The position numbers and the translations under genes were made by a program. The notes under the pieces are model-generated. The model was not told the origin of the DNA. It saw nothing but the letters and a program-made list of their open reading frames with translations, and made no database searches. From Vicinamibacterales bacterium (GTDB taxonomy: Bacteria; Acidobacteriota; Vicinamibacteria; Vicinamibacterales; UBA8438), in assembly GCA_965263195.1 (NCBI GenBank), contig OZ253664.1, forward strand, positions 1,922,250 to 1,986,249: DNA of 64,000 nucleotides. The letters are read 5' to 3'. This document shows positions 9,569-20,700 of the stretch, piece by piece (position 1 is the stretch's first letter; every line of letters begins with the position of its first letter).

Positions 9569-10603
9569 GTGAAGAGCCGGACCGCGGCGGGATTCGTGGC
9601 GGCGTGGGTCTGCAGCGCCCTGCTGGCGCCGGCGTTCGCCCAGACCCGCACCCTGGAACGTGTCGGCTTCATCCCCGGACCGGCGACGACGGTCCACCTG
9701 CACCAGGGGATCGCGTACGTCTCGGACGGTCCTACGCTGCGCCTCTTCGACGTCTCGGACCCGGCGGACCCGGCCGCGCTGGGGTCGCACACCTTTCCGC
9801 AGAACATCTACGGCGTCCGGATATCCGGCACGGTAGCGTACGCCGCGATTGACTTCTCCGGCCTCGGGATCCTGGACGTTTCGGACCCGGCGGCGCCAGC
9901 GCCGCTCGGGTCGTATCAGACTGCGGGGCAGGCGCTGAGTGTGGACGTCAGCGGGACGACAGCGGTAGTCGCCAACCGCCTCTCCGGTCTCGAGGTGATC
10001 GACGCGTCCGACCCGACCGCGCCGGTCTCCTTCGGCTCCTACTTCACCGAGGGGTACGCGATCGACGTCAAGGCGGTCGGCTCGTACGCCTACGTGGTCG
10101 ACCGGCCAGGCGGCCTGTCGATCATCGACCTCTCGCAGTCGAGCGAGTCGGGCGAGCTGGACGCCGCCGGCATGGCAAGCTCTGCCGAGCGGCCGGCGAC
10201 CACGGCCGCGGTCAGCCGGGATCCGAATGCGCCCGGCGCGACGCTGGCGGCCATCGTCACCACCGACACTCTCCTCGAGCTGTTCGACGTATCCGATCCG
10301 TCAAACCCGGTCGCCGTCACCAGCTACCGCCACCCGGATCGGCCGGCGACCGGTATCGCCATCGCCGCGCCGCGTGTGCGGATCGACGGGTCGCTCGCCT
10401 TCATTGCGGACATCAATCCACCGTTCCTGGTGCAGGTCGTCGACCTGTCGGCTCCCGCCCAGCCGGCGCTCGTGGCGACCTACGAGCCGTCCGGCCCGCC
10501 CGCGGACGTCTCCGCGTCGGGCTCGCTGGTGCTCGTCGCCGTGGGGAACAACGAAGAGGGTTCCGGCGAGCCGGGCGTCGTGATTCTCCGGCTCGATTCG
10601 TAG
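9569..10603 (+). CDS. LVIVD-repeat secreted protein
   Basis: Signal peptide; repeated AYV....GL.I.DVSDP..P units. Confidence 0.82.
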   Translation: MKSRTAAGFVAAWVCSALLAPAFAQTRTLERVGFIPGPATTVHLHQGIAYVSDGPTLRLFDVSDPADPAALGSHTFPQNIYGVRISGTVAYAAIDFSGLGILDVSDPAAPAPLGSYQTAGQALSVDVSGTTAVVANRLSGLEVIDASDPTAPVSFGSYFTEGYAIDVKAVGSYAYVVDRPGGLSIIDLSQSSESGELDAAGMASSAERPATTAAVSRDPNAPGATLAAIVTTDTLLELFDVSDPSNPVAVTSYRHPDRPATGIAIAAPRVRIDGSLAFIADINPPFLVQVVDLSAPAQPALVATYEPSGPPADVSASGSLVLVAVGNNEEGSGEPGVVILRLDS

Positions 10604-10710
10604 CACGCTTCTCGCGCGCTGCGGCGCCACGCCGCCGGGCGCTGACGCGCCACGCAGCTCAGGCGGGATGCATCGCCGGTCGAATGCAGCGGGGGTTTCG
10701 CCACGGACTC

Positions 10711-11646
10711 CTACTGCTCGAACTCGTCGTAGATCGTCTGGATGTTGGTCGGAATCCGCATCGGGTCCGATCGGCTGTACCCCTCGAACCGGTCGGGAAT
10801 GACGTAGTCCTCGGCCGCCTGCTCCGCCGACTTGCCCTCCGCGTGCGCCGCCCGCGCCATGGCCACGAAATCGCGCTGGAACTCCGCGTACTCCTCCAGC
10901 TCGGCCCAGGTAAACAGCCCGGCGGTGTGACCCGGGATGATGGTGTCGACCCCGTCGATACCGGCCGCCGTCTTCGCCAGCGTCTCGGGATATTCCAGGC
11001 CGCTGCCGCCATTGTTGGTGTCGATGAACGGCGGGCGCTTGAGCGAGAACATGTCGCCCGAATGCATTGCCCGTTCGGCCGGGAACACCACCAGCGTGTC
11101 GCCGTTGGTGTGCGCCGGGCCGAAGTGGTACAGGTCGATCCGATCGTCCCCGAACCAGACCGACGCCTTCTCGGAGAATGTCGTCTGCGGCAGATACTGC
11201 GCGTTCTCACCCTTGAACGTCTGGCAGTTGGTGACCGGCAGGCAGGTCTCCCGGCTCAGGCTGGCCTTGATGTTCTCGTGCGTGATCACCTCGATGGTGT
11301 CTGGAAACTCCGGCGTGCTGCCGGCGTGGTCGTTGTGGGTATGCGTATGGAACATGGCCAGGATCGGCTTGTCGGTAACCGTCCGGATCTGGTCGATGAT
11401 CTGCTGGCCGTAACCGGGGAGCTTGGAGTCGACCACGGCGACGCCCTGATCCATCACGTAGACCGCCACGTTGCCGCCGCTGAAGGTGGCGCGGTCGGTG
11501 GGATCGCCGCCCATGATCACATACAGGTCGCCGCGGACCTGCTCGATCGCCGGAACGGGCGGCGGCGCATCGGACCCGCACGCGGCCACGGTCATCAGCA
11601 GCCCGGCGGCCGTGAGCAGCAACCCCAACAGTACGGTTCGTCTCAT
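10711..11646 (-). CDS. MBL-fold metallo-hydrolase (cyclase-like), probable lipoprotein
   Basis: HTHTHNDH, AHTNGD, HSGD and IPGH motifs; lipobox-like VAAC; GGAGG RBS before ATG 11646. Confidence 0.88.
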   Translation of the reverse strand: MRRTVLLGLLLTAAGLLMTVAACGSDAPPPVPAIEQVRGDLYVIMGGDPTDRATFSGGNVAVYVMDQGVAVVDSKLPGYGQQIIDQIRTVTDKPILAMFHTHTHNDHAGSTPEFPDTIEVITHENIKASLSRETCLPVTNCQTFKGENAQYLPQTTFSEKASVWFGDDRIDLYHFGPAHTNGDTLVVFPAERAMHSGDMFSLKRPPFIDTNNGGSGLEYPETLAKTAAGIDGVDTIIPGHTAGLFTWAELEEYAEFQRDFVAMARAAHAEGKSAEQAAEDYVIPDRFEGYSRSDPMRIPTNIQTIYDEFEQ

Positions 11647-11664
11647 TGCAATCCTCCCCAACTC

Positions 11665-11737
11665 GGGGCTGCGCCCCGAACCCCCGGCAAGCGCTAGCGG
11701 GGTCCCCTTTGCCCCGCGCCGCGCTTGCCGCGCCGCG
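11665..11737. repeat. Structured REP/MITE-like repeat, copy 2 (opposite orientation, intergenic)
   Basis: GGGGCTGCGCCCCGAACCCCCGGCAAGCGCTAGCGGGGTCCCCTTTGCCCCGCGCCGCGCTTGCCG matches the reverse complement of copies 1 and 3. Confidence 0.9.
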
Positions 11738-11743
11738 ACTCCC

Positions 11744-12496
11744 CTATTCGGCGGTCAACGTCTCGACGTACTCGCGGATGCGCGCGGCATTCGTCCCGGC
11801 GTCCCCGCCGCCGACGCGCGACAGCGAGCGGACGTCGATGCGGCTGCCGCCGGCGTCCGGCCGCACGCGAATCACGACGTCATCCTTGAACCCGAACCAG
11901 AAGGTGGTGTCGGTGGCCTCGATCCGCCCCGCCGGCTCGTCCGCTTCCACCAGCTGCCACCGCATCCGGTACACCGCCGCGAGCGCTTCGTCGAACGCCT
12001 CCGCCGGCGGAACGTCAAGCACGACGGGCTGCAGGTCGGGATAGGCGTCGCGCTGCTGCGCGGCAATCACTTCCCCCTCGTACTCCGTCCGGCCGGGCGT
12101 GTTCAGCGGCACCACCGCGACGAACGGCGGCGGGTTGTCGATATCGGTCGTGATGTCGTGGATGGGCGGTTTCCGGGGGCCGAGCCGGTAGCCGGCCGGA
12201 ATGGAGAACATTGCGCCGGCCAGCACCAGGCTGAGGACCGCCAACCACACGCCCCGCCGGGCCTGCCGCGGCTGCGCCAGCTGAATTCCGAGACCTAGAA
12301 CCGCCACGGCCGCCGCGGCGCCGGCGCCGTACGCACCCCACCGCAGGACGGTCAGCAGCGCGGTCCGTAGCGGCAGGATGCCGAGCCGGTAGCCGAGCGG
12401 CGCCGTGAGCAAGGTGAGCGCCGACAGCACGACCAGGGCGGCAGCCAGCCACACGACCCACGATATGGACGCCTTACCTCCCCGACGACGAGCCAT
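11744..12496 (-). CDS. DUF1499 domain membrane protein
   Basis: Three TM segments; PPIHDITTD, YPDLQP, GRIEATDTTFWFGFKDDVVIRV, IDVRSLSRVG..DAGTNAARI. Confidence 0.9.
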   Translation of the reverse strand: MARRRGGKASISWVVWLAAALVVLSALTLLTAPLGYRLGILPLRTALLTVLRWGAYGAGAAAAVAVLGLGIQLAQPRQARRGVWLAVLSLVLAGAMFSIPAGYRLGPRKPPIHDITTDIDNPPPFVAVVPLNTPGRTEYEGEVIAAQQRDAYPDLQPVVLDVPPAEAFDEALAAVYRMRWQLVEADEPAGRIEATDTTFWFGFKDDVVIRVRPDAGGSRIDVRSLSRVGGGDAGTNAARIREYVETLTAE

Positions 12497-12611
12497 GACT
12501 CGAATCCTCCCCGCCAATTCCGGAACCGGACTCACTATACCCGCGCCGGCCGGGTATTTAAACGGCTTCCCGGCGGTATCATTGGGCCGCGTGCCGTCCA
12601 GAGCCGCCCCC

Positions 12612-15257
12612 ATGCCGTCACCAGGAGCCCGGCTGCGATGCTGCTTCCGCGGCGCCGCGCGGCCAGGCGCCACCGTGGCCGCGCTGGCGTTGGCATTGCC
12701 AGTGGTGGCCGGGCTGGTCGCCCAGGAGGAGGAAGGTCGCGGGCCGCCCGCCGCCTACGAGATGATCCGTGATGCGCACCTCGAGCCGGCCGGCCGCATC
12801 GACGCCGGTACGCTGCGCATCGACCGGTTCACCTTCGAGCTGAGCGGCGGCAACCTGTACGTGCTGCCGGACGGCGGCGCGGCGGGCGACATCGCCGTCT
12901 ATCTCGGCGACGGCACCGTGCGCTGCTACCCGCCCGACGGCGTGGAGCACCAGCAGGTGGAGAAACTCCTCGACGAGGACCTGCTGGAGGAACGGTTCGA
13001 CCGCTTCGTCTTCTGGCTTGCGGGTGATGCCGGGACACGGCTGCGCGCGCTGGCGAGCGCCCCGCCCGGCGGCCGCGCGGGGCGGGCCAACGACCTGCTC
13101 GACGACCGCCGCGAGGCGCTGCTGGAACACCAGTTCCACAACCCCGACAGCCGCCTGCTGCTCGACCTCCTGACGCCCGCGTCGACGCCGCCGCCTCCCC
13201 GGCGCCCGCCGTACTTCTACGCGCAGATCGACGGGGACGACCACGGCTGGTTCTCGATTGAAGTCGAGCCGCGAGCGCGCGAGGAAGTAACCGTCTTCCG
13301 CTTCGACCACCGGCGCGAGGTGCGCAACGTCTGGATGGGATTTCACGCGCTGGCGGAATTCGACGGCGATGCCGCGGGCCGCGCGCTCACCGGCTTTCCC
13401 CGTGACCCGGAAACGGACGGACCCGCGCCCGGGCGCCGCGACGACGAGGATGACGACGATTGGAACGCGCGCGACCTCGGCCTCAGGCCGCGCACACTGA
13501 CACCGGACCGTGAGGCGTGGGCGCCCCGACTCGCCGTGCGCCGCACGGATGTCGACCTGGCGCTGGAAGGCAACGGTGACGCGGCCGGCACCGCCGCCCT
13601 GCTCATCGAACCGCGGGAACCGCTGGCCGCAGTGCGGCTGCAGATCTCGCGTTTCCTGCACGTTACCGACGTGCGCTGGCGCCCGGCCTGGCCGGCGGAC
13701 GCGGAAAACGTGCGGGATGTTCCACTCCTCGCCCGGCCGGAGCCGCACGACGACGGCGACGCAGCGGCGGTCGATCCGTCCGAGCCGGCGCCGGCCGCCG
13801 GCGATCCGCTCCCCTTCGTGCAGGAAACCCACGGGCGGCTGATGGGCGACGACCTCCACGAGCAGTGGGTAACCGTTGCCCTGCCCCGGACGGTGGCGCC
13901 GGACGAACGGTTCGTCCTGGAGATCGCTTACGAAGGACCGCTCGTGGAACGCCTCCGCAGCACGCGGGGATTCCTGCTCAAGGACACCCTGTTCTGGATG
14001 CCGGCGCACCCCGACAACCGGCGCAGCCTGCAGCGCCTGACGTACCGGTCGCCGGAGCGCCTCCAGATCGCCAGCGGCATGGAGCTGCTGGAGGAACGCG
14101 TGACCGACGGCACGCGCATCACCGAATGGGTTTCGGACACGCCGGTGCGCGGCATGTCGTTCAGCATCGGCCGCTTCGACGTCACATCGAACGAGCCCGA
14201 CGGCGTGCCCCCAATCCGGGTGTACGAGAACCGCAACCAGACCGGGTTCTCACCCGGCGCGCTGCGCAAGACCATCGAGGATCTGGAGGGGTCCATCCGG
14301 CTGTATGGCGACTACTTCGGCGCCTACCCGTACCCCTCGCTGCTGGCGACCGAGACCGTCACCCACAACGGGCAGGCGTTCCCGGGAATGCTGCTGCTGA
14401 CGTACCAGGCGTTCGGCCGGCTGCACACCGGCGTGTCGGAACTGTTCCGGGCTCACGAGGTGGCGCACCAATGGTGGGGCGCCATGGTCCACTGGGAGGA
14501 CTACCGCGACCAGTGGATCTCCGAGGGGTTCTCCCACTACTCCGCCGCCCTGTACATCCTCGCCGGCCTGCAGGACGAGGACCAGTTCGAGGACATCCTG
14601 GACGCCTGGCGCCTCGACGTGCTCGGCGAGGTGAACGTCGGCCAGGGCACCGGCATCCGGCACTACGGCGTGCGGCCCGAGGTGATCCGCCACAGCGACG
14701 GCCACGAATCCGGCCCTGTCGTCGCCGGCTATCGGCTCAACTCCAGCGACACGCCGGTGGACTACCAGCTGCTCGTCTACGAGAAGGGCGCGTTCATCCT
14801 GCACATGCTGCGCATGATGCTGGCCGACATCGAGTCCGGCGACGACACGCGTTTCCGCGAAATGATGCGCCGCTTCGTCCGCGACCACCGCGACGTGCCG
14901 GCCAGCACGCGGTCGTTCGAGGCCGCCGTAGAGCGGGCGTTCGGCGCGCCGATGGACTGGTTCTTCGACCAGTGGGTATACGGCGTCGACGTACCCACCT
15001 ACCGCCCCGACCTCGAGGTGACGCGCGTCGCCGACCAGCAGCCGCCCTGGCTGCTGCACGGCACCATCCGCCAGGAAGACGTGCCCGACACGTTCCGGAT
15101 GCCGGTGCCGATCCTGCTGCGGTTCGCCGACCGCCCGCCACAGGTGCACCGCATCCAGGTGGACGCGCCGTCGGTCGACGTGGAAATCCCGCTGCCGGCC
15201 GAGCCGACCGACATCGAGTTCAACTACCGGCACGCCGTGCTCGCGCACGTGCGGTGA
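12612..15257 (+). CDS. Peptidase M1 family (gluzincin) domain protein, secreted
   Basis: AHEVAHQWWG...WISEG (HExxH-x18-E), YEKGAFILHMLR, WFFDQWVYG. Start codon uncertain. Confidence 0.85.
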   Translation: MPSPGARLRCCFRGAARPGATVAALALALPVVAGLVAQEEEGRGPPAAYEMIRDAHLEPAGRIDAGTLRIDRFTFELSGGNLYVLPDGGAAGDIAVYLGDGTVRCYPPDGVEHQQVEKLLDEDLLEERFDRFVFWLAGDAGTRLRALASAPPGGRAGRANDLLDDRREALLEHQFHNPDSRLLLDLLTPASTPPPPRRPPYFYAQIDGDDHGWFSIEVEPRAREEVTVFRFDHRREVRNVWMGFHALAEFDGDAAGRALTGFPRDPETDGPAPGRRDDEDDDDWNARDLGLRPRTLTPDREAWAPRLAVRRTDVDLALEGNGDAAGTAALLIEPREPLAAVRLQISRFLHVTDVRWRPAWPADAENVRDVPLLARPEPHDDGDAAAVDPSEPAPAAGDPLPFVQETHGRLMGDDLHEQWVTVALPRTVAPDERFVLEIAYEGPLVERLRSTRGFLLKDTLFWMPAHPDNRRSLQRLTYRSPERLQIASGMELLEERVTDGTRITEWVSDTPVRGMSFSIGRFDVTSNEPDGVPPIRVYENRNQTGFSPGALRKTIEDLEGSIRLYGDYFGAYPYPSLLATETVTHNGQAFPGMLLLTYQAFGRLHTGVSELFRAHEVAHQWWGAMVHWEDYRDQWISEGFSHYSAALYILAGLQDEDQFEDILDAWRLDVLGEVNVGQGTGIRHYGVRPEVIRHSDGHESGPVVAGYRLNSSDTPVDYQLLVYEKGAFILHMLRMMLADIESGDDTRFREMMRRFVRDHRDVPASTRSFEAAVERAFGAPMDWFFDQWVYGVDVPTYRPDLEVTRVADQQPPWLLHGTIRQEDVPDTFRMPVPILLRFADRPPQVHRIQVDAPSVDVEIPLPAEPTDIEFNYRHAVLAHVR

Positions 15258-15314
15258 CGCGCCCCGGCCGGCGCTCCGCCCGCCTCGTGAATCCGTGGCC
15301 TGATACGAACTGAG

Positions 15315-15740
15315 CTAACTGTCCGCCACGTGCACAATTCGGTCGGAAAGATAGGGGTGCTGGCGCACCTTGTCGTGAAATCGGACATCCGCCGTGATGA
15401 CCGGATACTGCTCCTGGATCGCGAGCGCGAGATAGAAGCAGTCGTAGGCAGGATGCCCAAGGTCGATCGCCAGCCGCATGGCGGCGGCGGCAAGCCGCCG
15501 CATCGAGACGGGAACACCAACCGGCGCCGACTTCAGCACGTCGGTGGCTTCGGCCAGGTCCTCGCGCGTGAAGTCGCCGCGCCGGTGCAGGGCCCACAAC
15601 GCGTTGGCGGCCTCGGCGAATAGCAGCTCCGGCGCAATGAGCGTCACGCCGGCCTCAAGCAGCCGCGACGATTCGTCCGACCACTGCTCCGCCACCAGCC
15701 ACTTCACGACGATGCTGGCGTCGACAACGTAGCCCGTCAC
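15315..15740 (-). CDS. vapC: Type II TA toxin, VapC/FitB PIN domain
   Basis: YVVDASIVVKW, E.ANALW, AYDCFYLALA, ITAD PIN acidic residues; overlaps the antitoxin stop (GTGA). Confidence 0.92.
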   Translation of the reverse strand: MTGYVVDASIVVKWLVAEQWSDESSRLLEAGVTLIAPELLFAEAANALWALHRRGDFTREDLAEATDVLKSAPVGVPVSMRRLAAAAMRLAIDLGHPAYDCFYLALAIQEQYPVITADVRFHDKVRQHPYLSDRIVHVADS

Positions 15741-15973
15741 GGCGCGGTGTCTCGCTCCCGGTCGGCGCGAATCAGGTCGGTGCTGTCGATGGAGGATCGC
15801 AGGCGCCGCCGCAGAGCGCCGGATCGGGAGACGAACGCCTCCCGATCCGGCAGGAGTGCGCTCCGGAGAAGCTCCCGATGTTCCGCTTCAGCGGACCGGC
15901 CGTTGGCGGCCGCTCTCTGCTTGAGGGCGCGCACCACCTGCTCGTTCACGTTGCGGACTGTCAACTGCGCCAT
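15737..15973 (-). CDS. FitA-like ribbon-helix-helix antitoxin
   Basis: MAQLTVRNVNEQVVRALKQRAAANGRSAEAEHRELL...STDLIRADRER. Confidence 0.92.
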   Translation of the reverse strand: MAQLTVRNVNEQVVRALKQRAAANGRSAEAEHRELLRSALLPDREAFVSRSGALRRRLRSSIDSTDLIRADRERDTAP

Positions 15974-15985
15974 GGATATGTCTTC

Positions 15986-16010
15986 ATTGACATCATGTCA
16001 TTACTGTCAA
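15986..16010 (-). promoter_or_regulatory. Probable FitA-like operator/promoter
   Basis: Perfect inverted repeat TGACA-TCA-TGTCA (15988-16000) plus TTGACA on the minus strand (16005-16010), just upstream of the antitoxin ATG. Confidence 0.65.
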
Positions 16011-16068
16011 GTCAGGACATCGGATCACGACGGCACCGTGCAGATGCCTCATGGTGCCGGTCCTTAAG

Positions 16069-17649
16069 CTAGGGAGCCGCAGCGCCGATCCGTTCCCAGC
16101 GGTCGACGTTGCGTAGATCGAGTTCTACCGACTCAATCGGCCCCTCGATCAGCGCCCGCGCGTCGTCGTTGCCGAACACGGCCGAGACTTCATCGCTCGG
16201 GAAAATCTTCTCCGCGGTCCGCTCACGCAGTCGAATCCTTTGCCCGGCCACTCGAACGTTGATCGTATTGACGTCGTCCTCTTCACCGAGTTCGGGGGTT
16301 GTCGAGAGCGTCGCGATCACATCCAGCTCGTTCTGGAAGAGCCGCTGCACGTCGAAACGCAGGGTGGCCACCAACTCGCCGTCGTCCGTCAAGCCCTGGA
16401 ATACATCATCCTCGGGAAACGACGCCGTGGTGGTCGCACTCGCCCTGTCGAGGCGCTCGTCTATATGGGGATGGCTGGCGAACAACCCGCCGCCCCCATC
16501 GCCGAACGGGTCGTGGGCGTCGCGGGCGAACTTGAGCTTGCGGAACGAATTCAGCAGCGGTCGGTCACCGGCGTCCGTCTCGTTGAGGTAGAAGCTCGCG
16601 AACAGGTCCGCTTCGCGTTCACGGTCCCGCCCGTGACCCGCCAGGAACAGGTTGGCGGCGAAGGAGGTCATCGTGGCGATGATGTCATCAACGGCGTTGT
16701 CGGTTCCCCCGGCGAAGATGCCTGCAATGCCGGCGATTGTCGATGCGCGCTGCGCGTTGCGCCAGATGCGGTAACTGTGCCGGCTCTCCACGTGGGCAAT
16801 CTCATGGGCGAGGATCGCGGACACTTCGTTGTCGCTCTCAAGGGACTCCAGCAGACCGCGAGTCATGAAGATGTACCCCGTCGGCACCGCAAACGCATTG
16901 ATGTCTTCGGAGTCAACAACCTGGAATCGGTACCGGTAGCCCTTGAGCGGAACCGGCCACCGGTCGAGGACACGTTCCCCGACCTCTTCGATGTACTTCT
17001 GCAAGTCGGAATCGACGAGCGGGTAGTAGGTCGACTGTACCTGCTGCAGTGACATCATTGCGAGTGAACGCTCGGTCTGGTAGTCCGAGACATCGGGCGT
17101 GGGGACAAAACAGACACCGCAACGGTCGTAGCCGCCGGTGAGGGCATCGGACTCGGTCGCGAACGGCTGTTGGTCAGCCATGTCCGGCAGGTGATTTGCT
17201 CCGCGGATGTGGAGCGTCTGGCTCCGCCGGTTTCCGATGTACCGGTGGAAGTCAGCCTCGGCAGTCGTCACCTCGAACACCTCGTCGAGCCAGAGTTCGA
17301 AGTCCTCCGCCGACGGCGGCGGGCCGTAGAAGTCGACACGGCCGCGACCGAGACGGGCACTCTGCAGCTCGAGCTCGATGTGGTCGTCTTCCGGATCCGC
17401 GTCGGTGATTCGCACAGTCTCGCCCTCGCGAAGCGGGAAGAGCCGGTCCCCCCGGTGGAGCGCGAAGAGGCGATCGTCCTCCATGTCGAGGTAGACCTTT
17501 CGGCGCCCCTCAAACGTGGGCCTGAGGATCAACTCACGACCTTCGAGCGCGTCTTCAATGTCGTTCCATCGCTGCGCTGCCGCCGGTGACGGCAGTAGCA
17601 ATCCGGGAAGCGAGAGCAGAAGGGCGAAGCGCAAGACCTCCGAGTGCAT
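16069..17649 (-). CDS. M48 family zinc metalloprotease, secreted, with long N-terminal extension
   Basis: GGAGG RBS; signal peptide; INAFAVPTGYIFMTRGL, ILAHEIAHV, REREAD, FASHP..DER. Confidence 0.88.
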   Translation of the reverse strand: MHSEVLRFALLLSLPGLLLPSPAAAQRWNDIEDALEGRELILRPTFEGRRKVYLDMEDDRLFALHRGDRLFPLREGETVRITDADPEDDHIELELQSARLGRGRVDFYGPPPSAEDFELWLDEVFEVTTAEADFHRYIGNRRSQTLHIRGANHLPDMADQQPFATESDALTGGYDRCGVCFVPTPDVSDYQTERSLAMMSLQQVQSTYYPLVDSDLQKYIEEVGERVLDRWPVPLKGYRYRFQVVDSEDINAFAVPTGYIFMTRGLLESLESDNEVSAILAHEIAHVESRHSYRIWRNAQRASTIAGIAGIFAGGTDNAVDDIIATMTSFAANLFLAGHGRDREREADLFASFYLNETDAGDRPLLNSFRKLKFARDAHDPFGDGGGGLFASHPHIDERLDRASATTTASFPEDDVFQGLTDDGELVATLRFDVQRLFQNELDVIATLSTTPELGEEDDVNTINVRVAGQRIRLRERTAEKIFPSDEVSAVFGNDDARALIEGPIESVELDLRNVDRWERIGAAAP

Positions 17650-17798
17650 GGCGTGTCCTCCAAGACTTGCCGCGGACACCGTCGCGCGGCTTGGCCAATC
17701 TGCCTACAAAACTGGAGCAGGCCCAGGTGCTTCCGTCTGAACCGGTCACGAGAATGGGCGATTATGCGGATAGAATCAACCCCGCCCAGGCGCGTTCC

Positions 17799-20700
17799 AT
17801 GACTCTCCCCCAGCATCCAGGTGTGCTCCCCGACCGCCCGCCCGAAGTCGGCGAGCTGGTCCAGGTGCGCTCTCGCCGCTGGCTCGTCGAGGAGGTCGCG
17901 CCGGCCGAGCTGCCGGGCGGCACGGCGCTGGTGACGCTGGCCTGCGCCGATGACGACGCGCAGGGCCAGTCGCTGCAGGTCTTCTGGAACTACGAGCTCG
18001 ACCGGCGGATCCTTGCGGAGGAAGGCTGGTCGGACCTGGCCGAGCGGGGATTCGATGATCCGCGGCAGTTCGCGGCGTTCCTCCACACGCTGCGCTGGCA
18101 CTGCGTCACGGCTACCGACGCCAACCTGTTCCAGGCGCCGTTCCGCGCCGGCATCCGTATTGACGCCTACCAGATGGAGCCGCTCCGCAAGGCGCTGCGG
18201 CTGCCGCGCGTCAACCTCTTCATTGCCGACGACACCGGGCTCGGCAAGACCATCGAGGCGGGCCTCATCGCCCGCGAGCTGCTGCTGCGCCGCAAGGCGA
18301 AGACCATCGTCGTCGCCGCGCCGCCATCCGTCCTCGAGCAATGGAAGGGCGAGCTGGAAGACCGCTTCGGCCTCGTCTTCGAGATCCTCGACCGCGCCTA
18401 CCTGACCCGCATGCGCCGCGAGCGCGGCTTCGGCGTGAACCCGTGGCTGACCCACAGCCGGTTCCTCGTATCGCACAATCTGCTGATCGATCCCAGCTAT
18501 GCCGACCCGCTGCGCGCCTGGCTCGGGACGATGCTGCCCGGCAGCCTGCTCATCCTCGACGAAGCGCACCACGCCGCGCCCTCCAGCGGCGGCCGCTACG
18601 GCATCGAGTCGAAGTTCACCCGCGCCGTCCGCGACATTGCCGACCGCTTCGAGCACCGGTTGTTCCTGTCGGCCACGCCGCACAACGGCCATTCGAACAG
18701 CTTCTCGACGCTGCTGGAGCTGCTCGATCCGTACCGTTTCACGCGCGGCGTGAAGGTACGCGGCCGGAAGGCGCTCGAAGACGTCATGGTGCGGCGCCTG
18801 AAGGAAGACATCCGGAAGACGCAGGGCGGTTTCCCCGAACGCCGCGTAGAGCGGGTGGTCATCGACGGCCTGCCGGAGAACGCGCCGGAGCTGGAGCTGT
18901 CGCGCCTGCTCGATGAGTACCGCAACGCCCGCGACGAGCGGCACGCGAGCGCGAGCCGGAAAGCGCAGACGGCCGCCGGCCTGCTCGCCGTCGGGCTGCA
19001 ACAGCGGCTGCTGTCGTCGATTGAAGCATTCGCCCGCAGCCTGAAGGTGCATCGGGCGACCGTCGAGCGCCAGTGGCGGCGCGTGCACGCGGCGGACACG
19101 GCCAGCGGCGAATCCGCTCCGGCAGGCCGCGGCGAATCGGCGGATGCAGCCGACGCTGAGCTGTTCCTGAGACCGCCCGACGCGGACGACGAACGGGCCG
19201 CGCAGGATCCGGAACAGATCGAGGCCGAGGAGGAAGCGCAGATCCAGTCAATCACAGAGGCCGCCGAGGCCGACGCCGCAAGCGGCCCCGGCGCGGGGCT
19301 TGCCGCGCTATGGCGGCGCGAGCAGGAGCTGCTCGACCGGATGCAGCAGATCGCCGAGCAGGCGCGCTACGCGCCGGACGCCAAGACCCGGCGGCTGATC
19401 GACTGGATGCGCCAGTGGATGTGCCCGGACCTGCCGCCGTTCGGCCGGTCGCCGGCCGGTGCGCCGCCGCGCTGGAACGACCGCCGCGTGCTGATCTTCA
19501 CGGAGAACCGCGAGGGCACGAAGCGCCACCTCGGAGACATCCTCGCGCAGGCCATCGCCGGGACCGACCGCGCCGACGAACGGATCGAGGTAATCGACGG
19601 CCTCACCAGCGGCATTCGCCGCAAGGAAATCCAGCGGCGGTTCAATACGCCCCCCGGCAACGACCCGCTCCGCATCCTGCTGGCGACCGACGCGGCGCGC
19701 GAGGGACTCAACTTTCAGGCCCACTGCGCCGACCTCTTCCACTTCGACCTGCCGTGGAACCCCGGCCGCATCGAGCAGCGCAACGGGCGCATCGACCGCA
19801 AGCTCCAGCCGGAGCCCGAGGTGCGCTGCCACTACTTCGTCCTGCCGCAGCGCGAGGAGGACCGCGTGCTGGAAGTGCTCGTCCGCAAGACCGAGACCAT
19901 CCGGCGCGAGCTCGGCAGCCTCTCCAAGGTGATTGACGACGACTTGGAGCGCCGCCTGCGGCACGGCATCCGGCATCGGGACGCGGACAAGCTGAAGCGC
20001 GAAATCGAGGCGGCGGATCTCGACGAGGTCCGCAGGCGGGTCACCGAGGAAGAGCTCGAGGCGTCGCGCGACCGGCGGGACGAACTCGCGGCGCAGGTGG
20101 AGCGCTGCAGGGGCCTGCTCGATCGGTCGCGGGCCTGGGTGGGGTTCGACACCGCGCCGTTCCGCGACGCGCTGTCCTGTGCACTGGGGCTGCTCGGCGC
20201 GGAGCCGTTGGTGCAGGACGGCAACGGCGACGGTTCGCCCACCTGGACATTCCCGCCGCTTGACCGGCGGGCCGGCGCGGACCCGAGCTGGGCCGCCACG
20301 CTGGACACGCTTCGCCCGCCGCGCAAGACGGACCAGAAGCTGGCGGAATGGCGCCGGGACGCACCGATCCGGCCGGTGGTCTTCGAGGATGCCGGCGTCC
20401 TGAGCGACGACACGGTCCACCTGCACCTGGAGCAGCGGGTGGCCCAGCGCCTCCTCGCACGCTTCCGCGCGCAGGGCTTCGTCCACCACGACCTGTCGCG
20501 CGCCTGCCTCGCACAGGCGCGCGATTCGATCCCCCGCGTGATCCTGCTCGGGCGGCTCTGCCTTTTCGGTCATGGCGCGGAACGGCTGCACGAAGAGATC
20601 GTGCGGCTGACAGCGCGCTGGGTGGAGCCGGGCCGGCGCGGCGGACCACTGACCGCGTACGGGCGGGATACGGAGATGCGCACGCTCGCCCTGCTGGAGC

